In this document: positions 48,528 to 64,000 of the stretch, piece by piece
How positions within the stretch are numbered: the first letter of the stretch is position 1
Layout of the letters: every line of letters begins with the position of its first letter
Sequence record: OQ174503.1
Source of the DNA: Escherichia phage REP4
Reading direction: 5' to 3' (one strand)
Length of the DNA: 64,000 bases
Notes under the pieces: generated by a model
The model's input: only the letters and a program-made list of their open reading frames with translations
What the model was told of the DNA's origin: nothing
The model's database searches: none
Translations under genes and position numbers: made by a program

Positions 48528-50335
48528 TGAAACAAAATATTAATATCGGTAATGTTGTTGATGATGGTACCGGTGACTACCTGCGTAAAGGTGGTATAAA
48601 AATAAATGAAAACTTTGATGAGCTTTATTACGAGCTTGGTGATGGAGATGTTCCATATTCAGCCGGTGCCTGGAAAACTTATGATGCTTCATCTGGTCAA
48701 ACACTAAAAGCCGAATGGGGAAAATCATACGCTATTAATACCTCTTCTGGAAGAGTGACTATAAATCTTCCAAAAGGAACTGTCAATGATTACAACAAGG
48801 TAATTAGAGCTAGAGACGTATTTGCTACATGGAACGTCAACCCAGTTACACTAGTAGCTGCTTCCGGCGATACGATTAAAGGGTCTGCAGTACCAGTTGA
48901 AATTAATGTTCAATTCAGCGATTTAGAATTAGTGTATTGCGCCCCAGGACGTTGGGAATATGTCAAAAATAAGCAAATTGACAAAATTACCAGTTCAGAC
49001 ATTAGTAATGTAGCTCGTAAAGAATTTTTAGTCGAAGTCCAAGGACAAACAGACTTTTTAGATGTTTTCCGTGGAACTAGTTATAATGTAAATAACATCA
49101 GAGTAAAACATCGTGGTAACGAATTGTATTACGGCGATGTATTTAGTGAAAACAGCGATTTTGGCTCTCCGGGCGAAAACGAAGGTGAATTAGTTCCTCT
49201 TGATGGATTTAATATTCGATTAAGACAGCCTTGTAATATTGGTGATACTGTTCAAATTGAAACATTTATGGATGGCGTATCACAGTGGAGAAGTTCATAT
49301 ACAAGACGTCAAATTAGAGTGTTAGATTCAAAATTAACGTCAAAGACTTCTTTAGAAGGAAGCATTTACGTTACTGATTTATCAACAATGAAATCAATTC
49401 CGTTTTCAGCTTTTGGATTAATTCCAGGTGAACCTATTAATCCTAATTCTCTTGAGGTTCGTTTTAATGGAATTTTACAAGAATTGGCTGGAACAGTTGG
49501 AATGCCATTATTTCATTGTGTTGGTGCCGATTCAGACGATGAAGTAGAATGCTCTGTTTTAGGTGGAACTTGGGAACAGTCTCATACAGACTATTCAGTT
49601 GAAACTGATGAAAACGGCATACCAGAAATTTTACATTTCGATAGAGTATTTGAGCATGGTGACATTATCAATATCACCTGGTTTAATAATGATTTAGGTA
49701 CATTATTAACAAAAGATGAGATTATCGATGAAACTGATAATCTCTATGTATCGCAAGGACCAGGAGTAGATATTTCCGGTGATGTAAATTTAACAGACTT
49801 CGATAAAATTGGTTGGCCAAATGTAGAAGCAGTTCAATCCTATCAACGCGAATTTAATGCTGTTTCAAATATCTTTGATACGATTTATCCTATTGGAACT
49901 ATATATGAAAACGCTGTTAATCCAAATAACCCTGTTACATATATGGGATTCGGCTCATGGAAATTATTTGGGCAAGGAAAAGTTTTAGTTGGATGGAATG
50001 AAGATATTTCGGACCCTAACTTTGCTCTAAATAATAACGATTTAGATTCGGGTGGAAATCCTTCACATACGGCGGGTGGAACAGGCGGTTCTACTTCTGT
50101 TACATTGGAAAATGCTAATCTTCCTGCAACTGAGACAGATGAAGAAGTTCTAATAGTTGATGAAAATGGATCAGTCATTGTTGGTGGATGTCAATACGAC
50201 CCAGATGAATCCGGTCCAGTTTACACGAAATACCGTGAAGCTAAAGCATCTACTAACTCTACTCATACTCCGCCAACATCAATAACTAACATTCAACCAT
50301 ATATTACAGTTTATCGTTGGATAAGGATTGCATAA
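48527..50335 (+). CDS. 10: gp10 baseplate wedge
   Basis: 602 aa. Confidence 0.9.
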   Translation: MKQNINIGNVVDDGTGDYLRKGGIKINENFDELYYELGDGDVPYSAGAWKTYDASSGQTLKAEWGKSYAINTSSGRVTINLPKGTVNDYNKVIRARDVFATWNVNPVTLVAASGDTIKGSAVPVEINVQFSDLELVYCAPGRWEYVKNKQIDKITSSDISNVARKEFLVEVQGQTDFLDVFRGTSYNVNNIRVKHRGNELYYGDVFSENSDFGSPGENEGELVPLDGFNIRLRQPCNIGDTVQIETFMDGVSQWRSSYTRRQIRVLDSKLTSKTSLEGSIYVTDLSTMKSIPFSAFGLIPGEPINPNSLEVRFNGILQELAGTVGMPLFHCVGADSDDEVECSVLGGTWEQSHTDYSVETDENGIPEILHFDRVFEHGDIINITWFNNDLGTLLTKDEIIDETDNLYVSQGPGVDISGDVNLTDFDKIGWPNVEAVQSYQREFNAVSNIFDTIYPIGTIYENAVNPNNPVTYMGFGSWKLFGQGKVLVGWNEDISDPNFALNNNDLDSGGNPSHTAGGTGGSTSVTLENANLPATETDEEVLIVDENGSVIVGGCQYDPDESGPVYTKYREAKASTNSTHTPPTSITNIQPYITVYRWIRIA

Positions 50336-50994
50336 TGAGTTTACTTAATAATAAAGCGGGAGTTATTTCCCGCTTAGCCGATTTTCTTGGTTTTAGACCT
50401 AAAACTGGCGACATCGATGTAATGAATCGTCAATCAGTTGGGTCAGTGACAATTTCTCAATTAGCGAAAGGATTTTATGAACCAAACGTAGAATCAGCTA
50501 TTAATGACGTTCATAATTTTTCTATAAAAGACGTTGGTACAATTATTACTAATAAAACTGGTGTTTCTCCTGAGGGTGTTTCTCAAACTGATTATTGGGC
50601 ATTTTCGGGAACTGTAACAGATGATTCGCTTCCTCCTGGTTCTCCTGTTACTGTGTTAGTATTTGGTCTTCCAGTTTCAGCAACAACTGGAATGACAGCT
50701 ATTGAGTTTGTCGCCAAAGTTCGTGTTGCTCTACAAGAAGCTATTGCGTCATTTACTGCTATCAATTCATATAAAGACCATCCAACAGATGGTAGTAAAT
50801 TAGAAGTTACTTATTTAGATAATCAAAAACATGTATTAAGCACATATTCTACATATGGAATAACTATTTCTCAGGAAATTATTTCAGAATCTAAGCCTGG
50901 ATATGGCACATGGAATTTGCTTGGTGCACAAACTGTAACTTTAGATAATCAGCAAACTCCGATAGTACTTTATCATTTTGAGAGAACAGCATGA
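50335..50994 (+). CDS. 11: gp11 baseplate wedge, short-tail-fibre attachment
   Basis: Start refined to MSLLNNKAG..., giving 219 aa as in T4; ATGA overlap with gene 10. Confidence 0.85.
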   Translation: MSLLNNKAGVISRLADFLGFRPKTGDIDVMNRQSVGSVTISQLAKGFYEPNVESAINDVHNFSIKDVGTIITNKTGVSPEGVSQTDYWAFSGTVTDDSLPPGSPVTVLVFGLPVSATTGMTAIEFVAKVRVALQEAIASFTAINSYKDHPTDGSKLEVTYLDNQKHVLSTYSTYGITISQEIISESKPGYGTWNLLGAQTVTLDNQQTPIVLYHFERTA

Positions 50995-52574
50995 GTAATA
51001 ATACATACCAACACGTTTCTAATGAATCTCGCTATGTAAAATTTGATCCAACTGGTACAAATTTTCCAGCAGAGATTACTGATGTTCAGGCTGCTATAGC
51101 AGCCATTTCTCCTGCTGGTGTAAATGGAGTTCCTGATGCATCATCAACAACAAAGGGAATTTTATTTCTTGCCACTGAACAGGAAGTTATCGACGGAACT
51201 GATAATACCAAAGCAGTTACACCAGCAACGTTGGCAACAAGATTATCTTATCCAAACGCAACTGAAACTGTTTATGGATTAACAAGATATTCAACCAATG
51301 ATGAAGCAATTGCCGGAGTTAATAATGAATCTTCTATAACTCCTGCTAAATTTACTGTTGCCCTTAATAATGCCTTTGAAACTCGTGTTTCAACTGAATC
51401 AAAGAATGGAGTTATTAAAATTTCATCTCTACCGCAAGCATTAGCTGGCGCAGATGATACTACTGCGATGACTCCGTTAAAAACGCAGCAGTTAGCTATT
51501 AAACTAATTGCGCAAATCGCTCCTTCTGAAACCACAGCTACCGAATCGGACCAAGGTGTTGTTCAATTAGCGACAGTAGCTCAAGTTCGTCAAGGAACCT
51601 TAAGAGAAGGCTATGCAATTTCTCCTTATACGCTAATGAATTCTACTGCTACTGAAGAATATAAAGGCGTAATTAAATTAGGAACACAATCAGAAGTTAA
51701 CTCGAATAATGCTTCTGTTGCGGTTACTGGCGCAACTCTTAATGGTCGTGGTTCTACAACGTCAATGAGAGGCGTAGTTAAATTAACTACAACCGCCGGC
51801 TCACAGAGTGGAGGTGATGCTTCATCAGCATTAGCTTGGAATGCTGATGTTATCCACCAAAGAGGTGGTCAAACGATTAATGGAACACTTCGCATTAATA
51901 ATACGCTCACAATAGCTTCAGGCGGAGCAAATATTACCGGAACAGTTAACATGACCGGTGGTTATATTCAGGGTAAGCGTGTTGTAACACAGAATGAAAT
52001 AGATAGAACTATTCCTGTCGGAGCTATTATGATGTGGGCGGCAGATAGTCTTCCTAGTGATGCTTGGCGCTTCTGTCATGGCGGAACTGTTTCAGCATCA
52101 GATTGTCCGTTATATGCTTCTAGAATTGGAACAAGATACGGCGGAAGCTCATCAAATCCTGGATTACCTGATATGCGCGGTCTTTTTGTTCGTGGCTCTG
52201 GTCGTGGCTCTCACTTAACAAATCCAAATGTTAACGGTAATGACCAATTTGGCAAGCCTAGATTAGGCGTAGGTTGTACTGGTGGGTATGTTGGTGAAGT
52301 ACAGAAACAACAGATGTCTTATCATAAACACGCTGGCGGATTTGGTGAGCATGATGATTCTGGAGCATTCGGTAATACCCGTAGATCAAATTTTGTTGGT
52401 ACACGTAAAGGACTTGACTGGGATAACCGTTCATATTTCACCAATGACGGATATGAAATTGACCCAGCATCACAACGAAATTCCAAATATACACTAAACC
52501 GTCCTGAATTAATTGGAAATGAAACACGTCCATGGAACATTTCTTTAAACTACATAATTAAGGTAAAAGAATGA
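50991..52574 (+). CDS. 12: gp12 short tail fibre
   Basis: 527 aa. Confidence 0.9.
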   Translation: MSNNTYQHVSNESRYVKFDPTGTNFPAEITDVQAAIAAISPAGVNGVPDASSTTKGILFLATEQEVIDGTDNTKAVTPATLATRLSYPNATETVYGLTRYSTNDEAIAGVNNESSITPAKFTVALNNAFETRVSTESKNGVIKISSLPQALAGADDTTAMTPLKTQQLAIKLIAQIAPSETTATESDQGVVQLATVAQVRQGTLREGYAISPYTLMNSTATEEYKGVIKLGTQSEVNSNNASVAVTGATLNGRGSTTSMRGVVKLTTTAGSQSGGDASSALAWNADVIHQRGGQTINGTLRINNTLTIASGGANITGTVNMTGGYIQGKRVVTQNEIDRTIPVGAIMMWAADSLPSDAWRFCHGGTVSASDCPLYASRIGTRYGGSSSNPGLPDMRGLFVRGSGRGSHLTNPNVNGNDQFGKPRLGVGCTGGYVGEVQKQQMSYHKHAGGFGEHDDSGAFGNTRRSNFVGTRKGLDWDNRSYFTNDGYEIDPASQRNSKYTLNRPELIGNETRPWNISLNYIIKVKE

Positions 52575-54034
52575 CAGATATTGTACTGAATGACTTACCA
52601 TTCGTTGACGGCCCTCCTGCAGAGGGCCAGAGCCGCATTTCCTGGATTAAAAACGGCGAAGAAATATTAGGAGCTGACACACAGTATGGAAGTGAAGGTT
52701 CAATGAATAGACCTACAGTTTCTGTACTAAGAAATGTTGAAGTTCTTGATAAAAACATTGGAATACTCAAAACATCTTTAGAATCCGCGAATAGTGATAT
52801 TAAAACAATTCAGGGCATCTTAGATGTATCTGGTGATATTGAAGCTTTGGCCCAAATAAGTATCAATAAAAAGGATATTTCTGACCTTAAAACGCTAACC
52901 AGTGAACATACAGAAATATTAAATGGAACTAATAGTACAGTTGACAGCATTCTTGCTGATATTGGTCCATTTAACTCCGAGGCCAACTCTGTATACAGAA
53001 CGATCAGAAATGATTTACTGTGGATAAAGCGTGAACTTGGGCAATATACAGGCCAAGATATTAATGGTCTTCCTGTTGTAGGAAATCCTAGCACAGGAAT
53101 GAAGCATCGCATTATTAATAATACTGATGTCATCACTTCACAGGGAATACGTTTAAGCGAATTAGAAACAAAATTTATTGAATCTGATGTAGGTTCTTTA
53201 ACTATTGAAGTTGGTAATCTTCGCGAAGAACTTGGACCTAAACCACCATCGTTTTCACAAACCGTTTATAGTCGCTTAAATGAAATTGACACTAAACAGA
53301 CAACAGTTGAGTCTGACATTAGTGTTATTAAGACCTCAATAGGATATCCAGGAAATAATTCGATTATTACGAGTGTTAATACAAACACTGATAATATTGC
53401 ATCTATTAATTTAGAGCTAAATCAAAGTGGAGGTATTAAACAACGTTTAACCGTTATTGAAACTTCTATTGGTTCAGATGATATTCCTTCGAGTATTAAA
53501 GGCCAAATCAAAGATAATACAACTTCAATCGAAGCTCTAAATGGAATCGTCGGTGAAAACACTTCATCCGGTTTAAGAGCGAATGTTTCGTGGTTAAACC
53601 AAATTGTTGGAACTGATTCTAGCGGTGGACAACCTTCTCCTCCTGGGTCTCTTTTAAACCGAGTTTCTACAATTGAAACTTCTGTTTCAAGCTTGAACAA
53701 CGATGTTCAAAACCTACAAGTAGAGATTGGTAATAACAGCGCAGGAATTAAAGGGCAAGTTGTAGCGTTAAATACTTTAGTAAATGGAACTAATCCAAAC
53801 GGTTCAACTGTCGAAGAACGTGGATTAACCAATTCAATAAAAGCTAACGAAACCAACATTGCATCAGTTACACAAGAAGTGAATACAGCCAAAGGCAGTA
53901 TATCTTCTCTGCAAAGTGATGTTCAAGCTCTACAAGAAGCAGGTTATATTCCTGAAGCTCCGAAAGATGGTCAAGCTTACGTTCGTAAAGACGGCGAATG
54001 GGTATTACTTTCTACCTTTTTATCACCAGCATAA
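52571..54034 (+). CDS. wac: fibritin (whisker antigen control)
   Basis: 487 aa; long heptad coiled coil; C-terminal foldon [27 protein letters not shown]. Confidence 0.95.
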   Translation: MTDIVLNDLPFVDGPPAEGQSRISWIKNGEEILGADTQYGSEGSMNRPTVSVLRNVEVLDKNIGILKTSLESANSDIKTIQGILDVSGDIEALAQISINKKDISDLKTLTSEHTEILNGTNSTVDSILADIGPFNSEANSVYRTIRNDLLWIKRELGQYTGQDINGLPVVGNPSTGMKHRIINNTDVITSQGIRLSELETKFIESDVGSLTIEVGNLREELGPKPPSFSQTVYSRLNEIDTKQTTVESDISVIKTSIGYPGNNSIITSVNTNTDNIASINLELNQSGGIKQRLTVIETSIGSDDIPSSIKGQIKDNTTSIEALNGIVGENTSSGLRANVSWLNQIVGTDSSGGQPSPPGSLLNRVSTIETSVSSLNNDVQNLQVEIGNNSAGIKGQVVALNTLVNGTNPNGSTVEERGLTNSIKANETNIASVTQEVNTAKGSISSLQSDVQALQEAGYIPEAPKDGQAYVRKDGEWVLLSTFLSPA

Positions 54035-54066
54035 CATGGGGCCGCAAGGCCCCAAAGGATTTTTAA

Positions 54067-55768
<1,702 letters not shown>

Positions 55769-55809
55769 TAAATATTATAAACTAATTAAAGCCCAGATTA
55801 GGAGAAATC

Positions 55810-58950
<3,141 letters not shown>

Positions 58951-58978
58951 TATTAAAGCATATTAAAGAGGATTAAAA

Positions 58979-60958
58979 ATGACTTTATTATCTCCGGGCA
59001 TTGAGCTCAAAGAAACTACGGTTCAAAGCACCGTGGTTAATAACTCTACTGGTACAGCAGCTTTGGCCGGTAAATTCCAGTGGGGTCCTGCTTTTCAGAT
59101 TAAACAGGTTACAAATGAAGTAGATTTAGTTAATACTTTTGGTCAACCTACAGCTGAAACTGCTGATTATTTTATGTCTGCAATGAATTTCTTACAATAT
59201 GGAAATGATTTACGAGTTGTGCGCGCTGTCGATAGAGATACCGCTAAAAACTCATCTCCGATTGCTGGTAATATTGAATACACTATTTCTACCCCAGGTA
59301 GTAACTACGCGGTTGGAGATAAAATCACAGTTAAGTATGTTTCAGAAGACATTGAAACGGAAGGTAAAATTACCGAAGTAGATGCTGATGGAAAAATTAA
59401 GAAAATTAATATTCCTACCGCAAAAATTATCGCTAAAGCGAAAGAAGTCGGTGAATATCCAGCATTAGGTTCTAACTGGACCGCGGAAATTTCTTCGTCT
59501 TCCTCTGGTTTAGCTGCAGTAATAACTCTTGGAAAAATTATTACTGATTCTGGTATTTTATTAGCTGAAATTGAAAATGCCGAAGCTGCTATGACAGCGG
59601 TTGAATTTCAAACAAATCTTGAAAAATATGGAATTCCAGGAGTAGTAGCTCTTTATCCAGGCGAGTTGGGCGATAAAATCGAAATTGAAATCGTATCTAA
59701 AGCTGACTACGCAAAAGGCGCTTCTGCATTACTCCCAATTTATCCAGGTGGCGGAACACGCGCATCTACTGCAAAAGCAGTGTTTGGATATGGACCACAA
59801 ACTGATTCACAATATGCTATTATAGTTCGTCGCAATGATGCTATTGTTCAAAGCGTTGTTCTTTCAACAAAGCGTGGTGAAAAAGATATTTACGATAGTA
59901 ACATCTATATTGATGACTTTTTCGCAAAAGGTGGTTCAGAATATATTTTTGCAACTGCACAAAACTGGCCAGAAGGCTTCTCTGGAATTTTAACTCTGTC
60001 TGGCGGATTATCATCAAATGCTGAAGTAACAGCAGGAGATTTGATGGAAGCTTGGGACTTCTTTGCTGACCGTGAATCCGTTGATGTTCAGTTGTTTATT
60101 GCTGGCTCTTGTGCCGGTGAATCTTTAGAAACAGCATCTACTGTCCAAAAACATGTTGTTTCAATCGGGGATGCTCGTCAGGATTGCTTAGTATTATGCT
60201 CACCACCGCGTGAAACTGTAGTTGGAATTCCTGTAACTCGTGCTGTCGATAACTTAGTCAATTGGAGAACTGCAACTGGTTCATACACTGATAATAACTT
60301 TAATATCAGTTCAACCTATGCAGCAATTGATGGTAACTACAAATATCAGTATGACAAATATAATGATGTAAATCGTTGGGTTCCATTAGCAGCTGATATT
60401 GCTGGTTTATGCGCAAGAACTGATAACGTTTCTCAGACTTGGATGTCTCCAGCTGGTTATAATCGCGGCCAGATTCTTAACGTTATTAAACTTGCTATTG
60501 AAACTCGCCAGGCTCAGCGCGACCGTTTATATCAAGAAGCTATCAACCCGGTAACCGGTACAGGTGGTGATGGTTACGTATTGTATGGTGATAAAACAGC
60601 TACTTCTGTTCCTTCTCCATTTGATCGTATTAACGTTCGTCGTCTGTTTAATATGTTGAAAACGAATATCGGACGTAGTTCAAAATATCGTTTGTTCGAA
60701 TTAAACAACGCGTTTACTCGTTCATCATTCCGCACAGAAACTGCCCAATACTTACAGGGAATTAAAGCTCTCGGTGGAATTTATGAATATCGTGTAGTTT
60801 GCGATACAACAAATAACACTCCGTCAGTAATTGATAGAAATGAGTTTGTTGCAACATTCTACATCCAACCGGCTAGAAGCATTAACTACATTACCTTGAA
60901 CTTCGTAGCAACTGCTACTGGTGCAGATTTCGATGAGTTAACTGGTCTTGCAGGTTAA
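58979..60958 (+). CDS. 18: tail sheath protein
   Basis: 659 aa. Confidence 0.95.
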   Translation: MTLLSPGIELKETTVQSTVVNNSTGTAALAGKFQWGPAFQIKQVTNEVDLVNTFGQPTAETADYFMSAMNFLQYGNDLRVVRAVDRDTAKNSSPIAGNIEYTISTPGSNYAVGDKITVKYVSEDIETEGKITEVDADGKIKKINIPTAKIIAKAKEVGEYPALGSNWTAEISSSSSGLAAVITLGKIITDSGILLAEIENAEAAMTAVEFQTNLEKYGIPGVVALYPGELGDKIEIEIVSKADYAKGASALLPIYPGGGTRASTAKAVFGYGPQTDSQYAIIVRRNDAIVQSVVLSTKRGEKDIYDSNIYIDDFFAKGGSEYIFATAQNWPEGFSGILTLSGGLSSNAEVTAGDLMEAWDFFADRESVDVQLFIAGSCAGESLETASTVQKHVVSIGDARQDCLVLCSPPRETVVGIPVTRAVDNLVNWRTATGSYTDNNFNISSTYAAIDGNYKYQYDKYNDVNRWVPLAADIAGLCARTDNVSQTWMSPAGYNRGQILNVIKLAIETRQAQRDRLYQEAINPVTGTGGDGYVLYGDKTATSVPSPFDRINVRRLFNMLKTNIGRSSKYRLFELNNAFTRSSFRTETAQYLQGIKALGGIYEYRVVCDTTNNTPSVIDRNEFVATFYIQPARSINYITLNFVATATGADFDELTGLAG

Positions 60959-60993
60959 TACGGTGCATTCTAAAGGCCTGTTTCGGCAGGCCA

Positions 60994-61060
60994 TATAAAT
61001 ACACTATATCCTTAATTCTTTAATTCTATATGCCCTAGGTTAAACATAGGGATATAAATA
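60994..61060 (+). promoter_or_regulatory. two late promoters (TATAAATA) for gene 19
   Basis: Exact TATAAATA at 60994-61001 and 61053-61060; GGCCUG...CAGGCC hairpin just upstream. Confidence 0.55.
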
Positions 61061-61074
61061 CTACAGAGGCTAAT

Positions 61075-61566
61075 ATGTTTGTAGATGATGTAACACGAGC
61101 GTTTGAATCTGGTGATTTTGCTCGACCTAACTTATTCCAAGTAGAAATTTCTTATCTTGGACAAAATTTTACGTTTCAATGTAAAGCCACTGCTTTACCA
61201 GCTGGTATTGTAGAAAAAATTCCAGTCGGATTTATGAACCGTAAAATTAACGTAGCAGGCGATCGTACATTCGATGACTGGACTATTACAGTAATGAACG
61301 ATGAAGCACATGATGCTCGCCAGAAGTTTGTTGATTGGCAAAGCATTGCTGCTGGGCAAGGGAACGAAATTACTGGTGGAAAACCAGCAGAATATAAAAA
61401 GAGCGCTGTTGTTCGCCAATATGCTCGTGACGCTAAAACTGTAACAAAAGAAGTCGAAATTAAAGGCTTGTGGCCTACTAACGTGGGTGAACTTCAATTA
61501 GATTGGGATTCAAACAATGAAATCCAAACCTTTGAAGTAACTCTCGCTCTCGATTATTGGGAATAA
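61075..61566 (+). CDS. 19: tail tube protein
   Basis: 163 aa. Confidence 0.95.
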   Translation: MFVDDVTRAFESGDFARPNLFQVEISYLGQNFTFQCKATALPAGIVEKIPVGFMNRKINVAGDRTFDDWTITVMNDEAHDARQKFVDWQSIAAGQGNEITGGKPAEYKKSAVVRQYARDAKTVTKEVEIKGLWPTNVGELQLDWDSNNEIQTFEVTLALDYWE

Positions 61567-61598
61567 AATGAATGGGGAGAAATCCCCATCCTGCTTAA

Positions 61599-63223
<1,625 letters not shown>

Positions 63224-63224
<1 letters not shown>

Positions 63225-63472
63225 TGGAAGGTTTAATTGAAGCTATTAAATCAAACGACCTCGTAGCCGCTCGTAAATTATTTGCTGAAGCCATGGCTGC
63301 AAGAACGATTGATTTAATTAAAGAAGAAAAAATCGCTATCGCTCGTAATTTCTTAATCGAAGGTGAAGAACCTGAAGACGAGGATGATGACGAAGACGAA
63401 GATAGTGATGATAAAGACGACAAAAAAGACAAAGACTCTGACGAAGATGACGAAGACGAGGATGATGAATAA
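63224..63472 (+). CDS. 67: prohead core protein gp67
   Basis: 82 aa with extremely acidic Asp/Glu C-terminal tail. Confidence 0.85.
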
Positions 63473-63897
63473 TGCTTCTGATCCCTGAAACTCATGAATT
63501 AGTTCTCGAGAATGTCGAAGCACTTATTCCTGAAGCACAGGGTCGCTTTGACGAATTGTCTTCTGCTTTAAATAAAGACGATATAAATACAATTGTCGAG
63601 AATATGCTTGATGATGAAACTGATTTAGCAGTTGCATTAGCTTCTATTAATGAAAATATGCCGTTAAATGAATTCATTGTTAAGCATGTTTCAGCTCGTG
63701 GTGAAATTACACGTACTAAAGACCGCAAAACACGCGAACGTAATGCATTTCAAACCACTGGGCTGTCTAAAGCAAAACGTAGACAAATTGCTCGCAAAGC
63801 TACCAAAACGAAGATTGCCAATCCAGCAGGTCAATCTCGTGCTCAGCGTAAGCGTAAAAAAGCTCTTAAACGCCGTAAAGCATTAGGATTAAGCTAA
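63472..63897 (+). CDS. 68: prohead core protein gp68
   Basis: 141 aa, basic C-terminus. Confidence 0.85.
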
Positions 63898-64000
63898 TGA
63901 ATGAACCCCAATTACTAATTGAAACTTGGGGTCAACCTGGCGAAATTATTGATGGTGTGCCAATGCTTGAATCCCACGATGGAAAAGACTTAGGTTTAAA
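63897..64000 (+). CDS. 21: prohead core protease gp21, N-terminal fragment (continues beyond window end)
   Basis: Begins [34 protein letters not shown]; TAATG overlap with gene 68. Confidence 0.8.
   Translation, partial: MNEPQLLIETWGQPGEIIDGVPMLESHDGKDLGL

Noticed and set aside
52282-53892. Short ORFs on both strands inside gene 12 and wac
   Set aside because: Overlap conserved structural genes; repetitive Ser/Gly/Thr-rich translations typical of alternative frames of fibre genes.
54037-54058. GGGGCC-GCAA-GGCCCC hairpin after wac as a rho-independent terminator
   Set aside because: The stem is strong but is not followed by a U-run, so it was not listed as a terminator; it may be an RNA-stability or processing hairpin.

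Overview
This window is a near-colinear match to the bacteriophage T4 (T-even, Tequatrovirus-like) genome, running from the 5' end of alpha-glucosyltransferase (a-gt) to the start of gene 21. Positions 1-38342 are almost entirely minus-strand early/middle genes: 55, a glutaredoxin-like ORF, nrdG, nrdD, 49, nrdC, eleven nrdC.x-position ORFs, rI, tk, a macro-domain protein, a lytic transglycosylase, regB, a GrcA-like protein, internal-protein genes, e (lysozyme), nudE, an 11-tRNA cluster, ipI, 57B, 57A, 1, 3, 2 and 4. Positions 38390-64000 are the plus-strand late structural operons 53-5-5.1-5.4-6-7-8-9-10-11-12-wac-13-14-15-16-17-18-19-20-67-68 and the first codons of 21. Identifications rest on reading the translated ORFs against T4 protein sequences and lengths as I remember them; no database search was run. 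The phage is not T4 itself: lysozyme differs at 3 residues from my recollection, nrdD is uninterrupted (no intron), no homing-endonuclease genes are seen at the T4 positions, no denV is present at its T4 locus, the tRNA cluster has three extra tRNAs (Tyr, Asn, His), there are two extra internal-protein-like genes, and rI carries a +1 frameshift. Candidates for poorly characterised systems are an ATPase + nucleotidyltransferase gene pair, a tandem array of coiled-coil paralogs, a macro-domain protein and a repeat-flanked internal-protein cassette. Regulatory architecture is T4-like: a conserved family of sigma70-type early promoters on the minus strand, TATAAATA late promoters, and GC hairpin terminators.
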